A DNA stretch of 64,000 bases from Callorhinchus milii (lineage: Eukaryota): positions 12,154,001 to 12,218,000 of the forward strand of contig NW_024704742.1 of the NCBI RefSeq assembly GCF_018977255.1. The letters are read 5' to 3'. The position numbers and the translations under genes were made by a program. Every line of letters starts with the position of its first letter. The stretch's first letter is position 1. Under the pieces are notes generated by a model. The model was not told the origin of the DNA, ran no database searches, and saw nothing but the letters and a program-made list of their open reading frames with translations. Below, piece after piece: positions 49,936-60,388 of the stretch.

Positions 49936-50354
49936 AGTAAATTGAAAAAAAAGATATTTTTCTTTCCTTGTTTATCAGTTTCACTGTTTTAGTTGTCGAA
50001 GGTACAGTATATTCTGGTTACATTCAATAAACACGTCATTAGAAAATCATTGGGGATGATTCTCTGCTTGATGCTAAGTTTACCGAGCTTTTAATGACAA
50101 TCCAATCAAGCATGAAATGTAAGGTTCAATGGTTTATTCAGATATGGAATTCTGGGAGTACAACACAGCCTTGTTGATAATCCCAAATCATTTAAACATA
50201 TTATATTTAAACTAATCTCTTCAGGGAGTACAATATTGGACCTGATTGGCATCAGAGAATGGTCGGAGAATTTACAGACAATTTGCAGACAAGTGGGCAA
50301 TAATGGATCCCATAATGTTCCTTAATTGATAATAATCTCAATTATTATTAATAT

Positions 50355-50710
50355 TATTTGACATAGCGCCTTATCACGTCTTCAAGACATTTCAAAGCTC
50401 TTCACAGAATATACCGTAAAATGAATTGACTGTATATTTTGTGGGTGAAATGCAGTAGCCAATTGGGCACAGGAGTGTCCCACAAACAATCGTGGAATGA
50501 GTGACCAATTTATAATTTTTTTAAGGAATTATTATCTCTGGAAAAGCGATCACTAATTGATTAACAACCATGTTCCTACTTACTAAACAGAAGCTAAACA
50601 GAAGCATGTGGAGTAAGGAAATTTGCCCCATATTTCGCCCTGCCAGGAATCGAACCCAGGTCTCTTGCTTGCGAGGTGAGTGCGCTAACCCACTGAGCTA
50701 CATGACTACA
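50355..50710 (-). mobile_element. tRNA-Ala SINE, long subfamily
   Basis: Tail, core and head present. Confidence 0.88.
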
Positions 50711-50799
50711 ATTACAATGTGATTACGATTGCTCCAGAACCCTATCCCACACAAACGAACTATATAAATGCCATCTGTTATTGTACAAATGAATCACTC

Positions 50800-51095
50800 A
50801 CATCCCACTCCACTCCCTGCTGCCTACATTCAGCTGGCTCGGGTCTTCTATGCGTCCCTCATCCCCTACTGGTGACTGCTTTCAGCCACTATGCCTGAAA
50901 CTCTGGAACTCCCTGCCTCAATGCATCTGTCTTGCCCCCTCCTTGCCTGTCTTCAAATCACCCCTGTCGACTTTTCTCTTGAACCGTGCCTTCGGTCACC
51001 TCCCCTCTCTTTCCAGCTTGGCTCAAACCACGCCGCTGTTTTATGCTATGAAAAGCCTGTAAAGAGGCTATATAAACACAAGTTATTATTGTTGC
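50800..51095 (+). mobile_element. Old L2 3' fragment
   Basis: LWNSLPQCICLAPSLPVFKSPLSTFLLNRAF. Confidence 0.8.
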
Positions 51096-51109
51096 ATTTC
51101 TAAACCTTT

Positions 51110-51495
51110 TAACAACAACAAGATTCCATTTATAGAGCGCCTTTCACGTCGGGAGGACGTCCCAAGGCGCTGTACAGTTGGGTCAGGACCCGAGCAGGGG
51201 GGAAATGGTCAGGGTGAGGGGAGGGAGGGAGCGAGGAGGGGGTAGAGAGTCGAGAGAGGAGCTGAAGGCACGATCAAAGAGAAAGGTCTTGAGACCGGCC
51301 TTGAAGGAGGAAAGGGAGGAGGCGGCGAAGGCTCTGGGGGATAGAGTTCCAGAGCCTGGGGGCTGAGAGGCTGAAGGCCCGGCCACCGATGGTAGGGCGG
51401 TTGGGGCGGGGGATGTGGAGCAGACCGGAGCCAGAGGAACGGAGGGTACGGGCAGGTAGGTAGGGGGATAGTAGGTCAGAGAGGTAGGAGGGAGG
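51110..51495 (-). mobile_element. Young L2 3' fragment
   Basis: PSYLSDLLSPYLPARTLRSS...RAFSLSAPRLWNSIP; (CAA)n tail. Confidence 0.94.
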
Positions 51496-51929
51496 GAGTA
51501 ATTTCATGTCTAGAAATCTATAGCCCTTGTTGTATATTGTACCGACTCTGTACCTGTAAATGTATTTAAAAACAGATTTTGAAATTTGCTTCTAATAATG
51601 CAGTTTAATGAACAGCAAATGATTAAATGTGACTTTAATGCATTATTTTAATTCAATTTCAATTCTGCTAACAGAATTGTTACAATTATTTCAATCTAGC
51701 TGATTCATTTCCATTTAGTATTTTTACCATAATATACAAAATTCTCATAATTAGTGATTCTCTGATTTCTGGTAAACGTACAGAAGTTAGCGCAGTGAGA
51801 TTCTCATAGAATCTACTGCTAGTTGCAGACTCAGCTCCATAGCCATCTATTATTGTAAACTCAAATGTTTTAATGCCGTAAAGTGTAAGTAATACATTAA
51901 TTACTTCTCTTCCAGCCCCCCCACAGTCT

Positions 51930-52976
51930 TGTGTGAGCAGAGCCTCAGGGCTCTGTCCTTGGCCCCCTCCTCTACATGCTCTCCCTTGGTGACATCATCT
52001 GCAGATATGGGGTCAACTTCCACATGTTCGTGGATGACACTCAAGTCTATCTTTCTACCTCCACCCTCGACTCCAGGACCACTGACGGTCTGAATAGAAT
52101 GTCTGTCAGACATCAAGTCCTGGATGAGAGCTAACTTTCTACAACTGAATGTTAGGAAGACCGAGGCTCTCTTGATTGGCTCGCACCAGCGACTCCGCAC
52201 CTCAGGCACTGGCAGTATCAGCATCCCCAGATGCACAGTCCACCTCACCATGACAGTCAGGAACCTGGGCATCTTGTTCAACCCTCAACTGTCCTTTCTG
52301 CCCCATATTCATAACACGCTCTACCTTCCCCCACCTCCACAACATTGCCTGACTCCTCCAATTCCTCATTCCTCAGGCCTCCACAACCCTCATACACGTA
52401 TTTGTCTCCTGAAGGCTCAACTACGGAAACTCCCTCCTTGTCGGCCTCGCCAACTCTTCCCTCCACAAGCTGCAGATCATCTAGAACTCTGCAGCTTGTG
52501 TCCTCTCCCGCACCAGGCTCTGTGACCCCACCCCCAACCTTCGCCCGACTCCACTGGCTTCCCATCCCTAGAGAATAGAATTCAAAATCCTTGTCCTCAC
52601 TTTCAAGGCCCTCCACAGACTTGCCCTTTCCTACCTCTCTGACCTGCTGACCCCCTATCAGCCTGTCCGTTCCCTCCTTTCAGCAGGTCTCATGCCCGAC
52701 CCACCCTACCTTCGGCAGCTGGTCTTTCAGCCTCTCTGCCCCCACCCTTTGGAACTCCATCCCACAATCCCTTCGCCTTGCTCCCTCTTTTGCGTCCTTC
52801 AAGACACCATTCAAGACCTTTTCGACAGTGCCTTCAGCCATCCTCCTATCTCTCTGCCCTCCCTCAACCAACACTTCCCCCCATGCTCAGGTCCTGATCC
52901 CTGACTGTTCAGCGCCTTGGGACATCCTCCCAACGTGAAAGGCACTTTACAAACATAATTTTGTTGTTGTTGTTGT
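51930..52976 (+). mobile_element. Older L2 RT and 3' end
   Basis: [12 protein letters not shown] sequence, [21 protein letters not shown]2 tail with (TTG)n. Confidence 0.9.
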
Positions 52977-54060
52977 GATATATTACAATTAGTTTAGACT
53001 AAGCAAAATCAATTCCAGAGTAGTATACATTGTGTGTGACATTACAAGTCATGTCAATCTAATTAAAAGTCATCATGCTCCATTTGCATTTATCCAATAT
53101 TATGAAAGGTAGTCTGGAAAGATACAGTGGAGGCTGTTTTAAGCAGCAGGTTGTAAGAATCTGGAAAATGTTGCCATAAATGGCTATTGAGGCTAATTTC
53201 ATGACTACATTTTAAAAGGCACTGAATAAATATTTCAAGAAAAATATAATAAAGTGTTTAGGGAAAGAGCCAAAGGAAAGTAAGGTTAAAGCAGATAGCT
53301 CCAGTTGGGGCAGCAAGCACCAGCACAGACACAATGATCTGAATGACCTACATCTGGCTGTAAGCATTCTGTCTCCAGTTCAGAAATGTCATGTTATCTA
53401 CCTCTAACCTGTACTGTTGCTTGATGGTGGTGAATCTTCCTTCTACATCCAACAAGGTTACTGCCAACAAAGTGGCAGTTGTGGAACCACTGGGATAAAT
53501 GAGGCAATTTCCTTTGTTGTGTTTGGCAACGTTATTTGAAAATTTAACTTCCTTTATCTGTCGATACCTGGCTAGATGCTAATGGATTTTTAAGGAAAAC
53601 TATTGAACAATCTTATAGCTGAATGGGTCTTTATCTAAATATACAAAATACTGTTTCTATTAACAGTAGAACAATTCTCAAAATCTCTCACATTTTTCAG
53701 GCTTATGAAACCTTCTGCAATTTATTTTATTAGCAATATTGATTTTCAAGATATTTGTGAAACAAAACACTAATCTCAGTACAGGACAATCATAGGTTAA
53801 CTAGTCCACCAATACTATTAGAAAATATTAATGCACACCTCTAATTAGGTGATCAGGAAAAATCAATGCATACTTTACTATAAAGGATTCATCACTCACT
53901 CTATCTAGTAAACCAAGATTTTTTTTTGAAAGAGATAAACCTAAAAAATTTAAATCAAATTTGAGAGCTGTATGCAATAATTAGTCATAAGATTAAAAAG
54001 CTTGATCTTCATCTTATAACACTAGGAAATTATTCAAGACGACATGATAGAAACAAACAA

Positions 54061-54345
54061 GAGACCTGGGTTCGATTCCCGGCAGGGCAAAATGTTGGGC
54101 AAGTTTCCTTACTCTACGCACCTCTGTTTACCTAGCAGTAAGTAGGAATTCGGTTGTTAGTCGATTGGCGGATCGCTTTTCCGGGGTTAATAATTCCTTC
54201 AAAAAAAATTATAATAAATGAGTCACTTCAATGCACGATGGTTTGCTGTGTGCAATTGGCTGCCGCGTTTTGCCCACAAAAAAAAGTATATTCCGCAAGG
54301 CGTTTTGAGATGTCTCGAAGATATGATGCAAGGATTATTATTATT
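54061..54345 (+). mobile_element. tRNA-Ala SINE, long subfamily
   Basis: B box GGTTCGATTCCC, core and deleted tail. Confidence 0.87.
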
Positions 54346-55101
54346 TTGAGACTGACCTTCCCTATATTCAGTGTTGAACTGAGTTTCAAATGAAAATTAA
54401 CTTGAACAATGTGGGGTCTACCAATCAGGTATCCCCTAACAAGACAGAGCCAGGATTTCAACCTGGAGAGGTCTGACCTGTTCCACTTATTACAAAAGCG
54501 AAATATTAAAAAACAATTAAAACAATTTTTTAAATTTAAAAATGATTAAAATCCAAGAGCAAAATGTTAAAATAATAACTATATTTCAAGTGTAAAACTA
54601 TATAAGTATATACACACACACAAAGTATTTACAAAGTGAATCTGAATTCACAGCAGATTCAAAATGAGGAGGAAAATAGCCTACATGGGTGATTTCTAAT
54701 AAATGCATCTACAACTTGATCTAGATTTATATAGATTTCCCATACACTGTATGAATTTCCCGCTGTCTGTGATGATTCCAGTATTCGTATGCCTGCATCA
54801 TTACAACCTATGACAAATTTTGTTAGAAACTAAGAAAAAATTATTTGGGCTCCTCTGTGCAACCATGTCAGTCAGTGTCACCAAACTTGGATTTCAGAAA
54901 AAATTTGGTAATGTTCGCTTGTGAGACTTCTAAAAAGATTACAGCTCATTGAATTAACAGTTGCATTAATTGCTGTGCACAATTGGCTGCCGCGTTTCAC
55001 TTACAAACTACAGTCAATTCATTTTACAATATATTCTGTGAAGCGCTTAGAGACACCTCGAAGACGTAATGAAGCACTGTATCAAATGCAAGGATTATTA
55101 T

Positions 55102-55102
<1 letters not shown>

Positions 55103-55134
<32 letters not shown>

Positions 55135-55438
55135 CCTTGCATTTGATATAGCGCTTTTCACGTCGGGAGAACGTCCCAAAGCGCTTCACAGAACACACTG
55201 TAAAGTGAATTGACTGTATATTTGTGGGCGAACGCGGCAGCCAATTGCGCACAGCAATGTCCCACCAACAGTCATGGATTGAAAATGACCAATTTATTAT
55301 TGGTTTTTTTTGGTTTTGGAGGGATTATTATTAGGCGTGTGGAGTAAGGAAACTTGCCCAAGGTTTCGCCCTGCCTGGAATTGAACTCAGGTCTCTAGCT
55401 TGCAAAGCGAGTGCTCAACCACTGAGCTACAGGACTCC
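55103..55438 (-). mobile_element. Young short SINE inserted tail-to-tail in the (TTA)n of a plus SINE tail (about 54970-55102)
   Basis: Full head and CTCCC-loop tail. Confidence 0.93.
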
Positions 55439-55459
55439 ATAATAGCTCCTTCCACACAG

Positions 55460-57400
55460 ACATCTCTTCCACACGGACAGTTCACTGCCAACTATGGCTC
55501 GAGCATCTCCACAGCTACCGCCGTTGTTTGACATGCGCAAAAACCACCTTCTACTCCAATATCATCTTGGAGTCTAAACAAAATCCTAAAATCCTTTTTT
55601 CCGCCAACCACTACCTCCTCCGTGGCCCCACTCAGGCCTCCTCAATCTTCACATCAAATGCCAAGTGTGAGGAGGTCATGGACTTCTTTTCATCTAAAAT
55701 ACTTAACATCCGCCAGGCAGCCTCATCCACCAGCCCCTTGTCACCCACCACCTTGCCCTCTCTGTCCCCCTCACCTTCCCCATCATCTGCTCCTACCACA
55801 AACCCCATCCTACATTCCTTCCTCCCCATCCCTCCCGCTCACCCACCATCACCTCAATGAAACCCACCACCTGCTGTCTCGACCCCCTCCCCACCAACTT
55901 ACTGGTCACCCAGCTCCCCCTCCTCTGCCCGCTACAGGCTGACATCATCAACCAGTCCCTCTCCTCCGGATCAGTCCCTGCTGTCATCACTCCCCTCCTC
56001 AAGAAACCCTCCCTAGATCCCTCAAACCCCAGCATTACCGCCCTATTTCTAATCTGCCCTTCGTCGCAAAGATCCCAGAACCCGTTGTTGCAAATCAACT
56101 TCGCGCACCCCTCTCCTCCCACTCCCTCTTTGAGCCCCTCCAGTCCAGTTTCTGCCTTGCCTACCGAACAGAGACTGCGCTTGTGAAAGTCCCAAACGAC
56201 ATCCTCTCTATCTGTGACCAGGGCTCCCTCTGCCTTCTTGTGCTCTGGACCTTTCCACCACGTTCTACACAGTCGATCATGCCATCTTCCTCCACCGTCT
56301 TTCCTCTGTCACCCACATCACTGGGACCGCACTCACCTGGTTCGAGTCCTACCTCACAACCCGCCAGCAGTACATCTGCACAAACGGCTTCTCCTTCCGC
56401 TCTCACCCGGTCACTTGCGGGGTACCCGAAGGATCCATCCTTGACCCCCCTGCTGACCTATATGCTCCCTCTTGGGGATGTCATCCACAGACATGGGGTA
56501 CATTTCCACATGTATGCAGACGACACCCAACTCTATTTTTCCACCTCTCTTTGCGGCCCCCAGTCCCCTGATGTTCTGTCAGTCTGCCTGTCAGATCTCA
56601 GGGGCTGGATGAGTGCAAATTTCCTTCAGCTGAATGTTAACAAGACGGAAGCCATACTCTTTGGCTCTCGTCAACGTCTAAAATCTCACAGTTCTCACCT
56701 CCTCCACCTACCCGACCTCCCCCTAAAACTCTCTGAACCCGTTCGCAACCTAGGCATCAGATTCGACCCCCAATTATCCTTCCTCCCCCACATCCGGTCC
56801 CTCACCAGCACCGCTTTCTTCCACCTCCGACGGATCGCCCGTCTCCGCCAATACCTCACTCCGAAATCCGCTGAAACCCTGATCCATGCCTTTGTCACCT
56901 CTTGGCTGGACTACTCTAACGCCCTCCTCGCCGGTCTCCCCTCCACTACCATCCATAAAATCCAAATCATTCAAAACTCTGCCGCCCACATTCTCACCCG
57001 CACCAAACTCCGATCACCCCAGTCCTTGCCAGACTGCACTGGCTGCCTATCCCAGAGAGGATTGACTTCAAGATTCTCACCCTTGTCTTCAAATCCCTCC
57101 ACTCCTCCGCACCCCCCTACCTTTCTGACCTCCACTCTCCTCAAAACAGTGCCCGTTGCCTTCGTTCCACCGGGTCTGACCTCCTCCTCGTTCCCCGAAT
57201 CCTCAGCTCCACCCTCAGCGGCCGTGCCTTCAGTCACTACGCCTCAAGGCTCTGGAACTCCCTTCCTCACTCCCTTCGCCTCGTCCCCTCTCTTCCGATT
57301 TTCAGATCTCGGCTGAAGACTGTTCCTCCCCTGGCTCGGCCCCGGGATCCGTTACTGTAAAGCACTCCGAGACGCCGTCCGGCGTGGAGGGCGCTATATA
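55460..57400 (+). mobile_element. L2 LINE of a distinct older subfamily (linker, RT, C-terminus; frameshifted)
   Basis: [26 protein letters not shown]...CLSDLRGWMSANFLQLN and HAFVTSWLDYSN; tail GAGACGCCGTCCGGCGTGGAGGGCGCT. Confidence 0.92.
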
Positions 57401-57409
57401 ATCTGTCAT

Positions 57410-57762
57410 TTGATATAGCACCTTATCATGTCTTTGAAACGTCTCAACAGGCTCAAAATGTCTCAAAGTGCTTCACAGGATTTATTATGAAGTGTAGTGA
57501 CTGGTATTTTATCAGTGAACACGGAAGCCAATTTATGCACAATAATGTCCTACAAACAGCCATGAATGACCAATTTTATTTGGGGATTGTTGGCCAAGAC
57601 ACTGGGCGAAACTTTCACTTTATTGAATAGTGCCATTGGATATTTATTGTCTGCATGAATAGACAGGACAGGACTTTAGTTCAACATTTCATCAGAGGAA
57701 AGGCACCTCTGAAAATACAGCACAGCCCAAGCACTGAATGCGAGTGCTATCATCTGAGCCAT
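57410..57762 (-). mobile_element. Older Deu-domain SINE, degraded
   Basis: GAATAGTGCCATTGGATATTT...GAAAGGCACCTCTGAAAATACAGCAC...GAGTGCTATCATCTGAGCCA. Confidence 0.65.
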
Positions 57763-58557
57763 TCATTGCAAATTAGCTCATTGAATTGAAAAGAAAGCTA
57801 AACTTTTTCGCCTTGATTAAATATTGGGTAAATCCATGATGGGATACATTATACGTGATTGGTGAACCAAGTATATTTAACAAACAAAATTGTAATTTTT
57901 AATAAAATAATAATTCTTGTATTTCATACAGCGCTTTATAATGCCGTTGAGACTTCTCAAAGCACTTCACAAAATATATTGTACAATAGATTCACTGCTC
58001 TTTTGAGGGGGAAACGCAGCAGCCAATTGCGCACAGTAGTGTCCCACGAACCATCATGGATTGAGTGATCAAATACTTACGTCTTCAAAATTTATACAAT
58101 GTTAAGTGTGGAATTCAGAAAAGTAATAGCACAGAATGACAGTTGGAAATAGTTGGAAGTCAAAACATTGTACTTGTTACATTACTTTTTAAATGAAGAT
58201 GGAATATGTTGACCAACGTTTAAGAAAGCTCAAAAAATCTTAATGTTACATGACTTTAATTATATTTGCAGAAAATTTAAACTGAGGGATTCAGTAATCC
58301 CAAAACAGATTAGAATAATGAGATAAAGTTGGTAACATTTGTTTTGTGGGTGGGGCAGTGAAGCTGCCACAATCAACAGGAAAGACTTCGGACATCTGGA
58401 AATTTGCACTTTTTAATACTGTATCTTTGATAAACAAGTTGTGCATTAGTTTACCTAATCAGCCCTCCCCCTCAACAAATTGCTCTTACCTGTGCATTGC
58501 CTCACACTGTGGGTTGCTGTGATGTCACGCCGCCTGATGGCCAGGTGAGCTCAGTGA

Positions 58558-58601
58558 CAGGTGTGAGCAGTGACTCAGGTGTGAGCAGTGACTCAGGTGT
58601 G
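58558..58601 (+). repeat. 18-bp tandem repeat CAGGTGTGAGCAGTGACT (about 2.5 copies)
   Basis: Units start at 58558, 58576 and 58594; each junction creates TGACTCA overlapping CAGGTG. Confidence 0.9.
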
Positions 58602-58636
58602 TGGCCACAGTTGGTGCTTTCAGTTCAGTCCTGACG

Positions 58637-59194
58637 CCAGCAGCCCACACCCCAGCAGCCCCCAGCCCCAGTCAGCAGCCCCCAGCCCACACCCCAGCAG
58701 CCCAGCCCACACCCCAGCAGCCCCCAGCCCCAGTCAGCAGCCCCCAGCCCACACCCCAGCAGCCCAGCCCACACCTCAGCAGCCCCCAGCCCCAGTCAGC
58801 AGCCCCCAGCCCACACCTCAGCAGCCCCCAGCCCCAGTCAGCAGCCCCCAGCCCACACCCCAGCAGCCCAGCCCACACCTCAGCAGCCCCCAGCCCCAGT
58901 CAGCAGCCCCCAGCCCACACCCCAGCAGCCCAGCCCACACCCCAGCAGCCCCCAGCCCACACCCCAGCAGCCCCCAGCCCACACCCCAGCAGCCCCCAGC
59001 CCCAGTCAGCAGCCCCCAGCCAGCCTCCAGCAGCCCCCAGCCCACACCCCAGCAGCCCCCAGCCCCAGTCAGCAGCCCCCAGCCCACACCCCAGCAGCCC
59101 CCAGCCCCAGTCAGCAGCCCCAGCCCAGCCTCCAGCAGCCCCCAGCCCACACCCCCCAGCCCCCAGCCCACACCCCAGCCTCTAGCAGCCCAGC
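58637..59194 (+). repeat. C-rich variant minisatellite (20-22 bp units)
   Basis: Interspersed CAGCAGCCCCCAGCCCACACCC, CAGCAGCCCCCAGCCCCAGT and CAGCAGCCCAGCCCACACCC units over about 560 bp. Confidence 0.95.
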
Positions 59195-59198
59195 GGCA

Positions 59199-59209
59199 AT
59201 GGAGACACA
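59199..59209 (+). CDS. Candidate first coding micro-exon (ATG GAG ACA CA) of an unidentified gene
   Basis: Kozak-like GCAATGG followed by consensus donor GTAAGT; product not recognised. Confidence 0.3.
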
Positions 59210-59390
59210 GTAAGTAAGAAACGTTTTACCTCTTTTTACGTGTTGCTGCAAATTCGCCTGATATTGTGAAGTGCTCCGACGTTAGTTTGTCACTGGGGTT
59301 TGTAGCTGCTTTGCATTCACCTAATTTTTAATAAGGAGGAAGGCGGTCCCGGCGCTGTGTAATCAGGTGAACTCTCCCTCTCTCTGTCAG

Positions 59391-59418
59391 TGTGAATGGA
59401 GTTCCAGATCCACAGGTG
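59391..59418 (+). CDS. Candidate exon 2 (HVNGVPDPQV)
   Basis: Acceptor CTCTCCCTCTCTCTGTCAG; donor GTG|GTGAGA (alternative CAG|GTGGTG at 59415); phase fits exon 1. Confidence 0.22.
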
Positions 59419-60178
59419 GTGAGAGCTGCTCTGTGTTGTGCTCTGTATTTGTCAATACAAACGCTGTCAGTTGTTCTGTGATTGGGGACTGGTGAGGACT
59501 CGGGGTAATACAATAACAATGCAGTTGCTTTTGGAAAAAACTGTAGAAAAAAAAGTGCGTGAAAAGATAGCAAAAAGCCCCCCCACCGCCTGATATGGTG
59601 CTTTCAAATATTAATACTTAAACCTCTTCATTTGGTGTTACTAATACCGTGAGGGCACAGAGTAGCGTCAGGGGAAGGAATGAGAGGTTCAAACCAAACT
59701 AAAGTATTATTGTTGGTGTTTTTTCAGGAAATAAAACTAATATTTACTGGGCATCAAAGAGAAATTCTGTAACTTTTTCTTCGACAATGTTTCAATGCGA
59801 TAAATTTGATGCAACATTTTAGATCATTATGAAATAAGTCAGTATCGTTTTCCAGTGTACTGTAGGTATGTGGATATTTCTCATTGCATGGACCACTGGC
59901 GGAAGGACATTTTGACTCCTGAGCTGCCATAGGAAAGAAAATAATGAAGTGTTGGTGTGTGAAAGTGTCAACAGAGAGCAACAAAAATAAAGAGACAAAC
60001 TGTAAATTTCTTAAGCTGTTCTCATAGAAACCTAGAAATCTGCAGCGCAGACAAAGGGCATTTGGCCCACCAGTTCTGTACTGGCTCACAGAATAGAAAA
60101 ATGACTTGAGTCCACTGCCCCACCTTATCCACATAACCCTTCAAGCTGTGCACAATTGGCTGCACCAGTTCACCTATA

Positions 60179-60388
60179 AATAATAATAATAATCCTTGCA
60201 TTTGATATAGCGCTTTTCACATCGGGAGGACGTCCCAAAGCGCTTCACAGAATACACTGTAAAGTGAATTGACTGTATATTTGTGGGCGAACGCGGCAGC
60301 CAATTGCGCACAGCAATGTCCCACAAACAGTCGTAGATTGAAAATGACCAATTTATTATTGTTTTTGGTTTTGGAGGGATTATTATTA
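60179..60388 (-). mobile_element. Young short SINE (5'-truncated) nested in a plus SINE tail that also carries an inverted L2 tail (about 60445-60490)
   Basis: TATAAA duplicated on both sides; CTCCC-loop tail. Confidence 0.88.

Larger units (their letters stand above)
58490..59209. promoter_or_regulatory. Candidate bidirectional promoter / first-exon region
   Basis: Only GC-rich non-TE segment in the window; divergent GGCAATG starts each followed by a strong donor (minus CAG|GTAAGA at 58490; plus ACA|GTAAGT at 59209); AP-1 and E-box cluster at 58542-58613. Function is inference. Confidence 0.45.

Noticed and set aside
50215..50300. Plus-strand exon candidate after CTCTTCAG
   Set aside because: More simply explained as highly decayed CR1 RT sequence (QGS...FAD region).
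58637..59194. Immunoglobulin switch-like region or CRISPR array
   Set aside because: GGGCT-rich but lacks AGCT repeats and nearby Ig exons; no unique spacers or cas genes, and the DNA is eukaryotic.
58588..59217. 209-aa and 194-aa Pro/Gln/Ser-rich ORFs
   Set aside because: They start at GTG; the 20/22-bp units shuffle frames and the repeat lacks stops by composition, so openness is uninformative.
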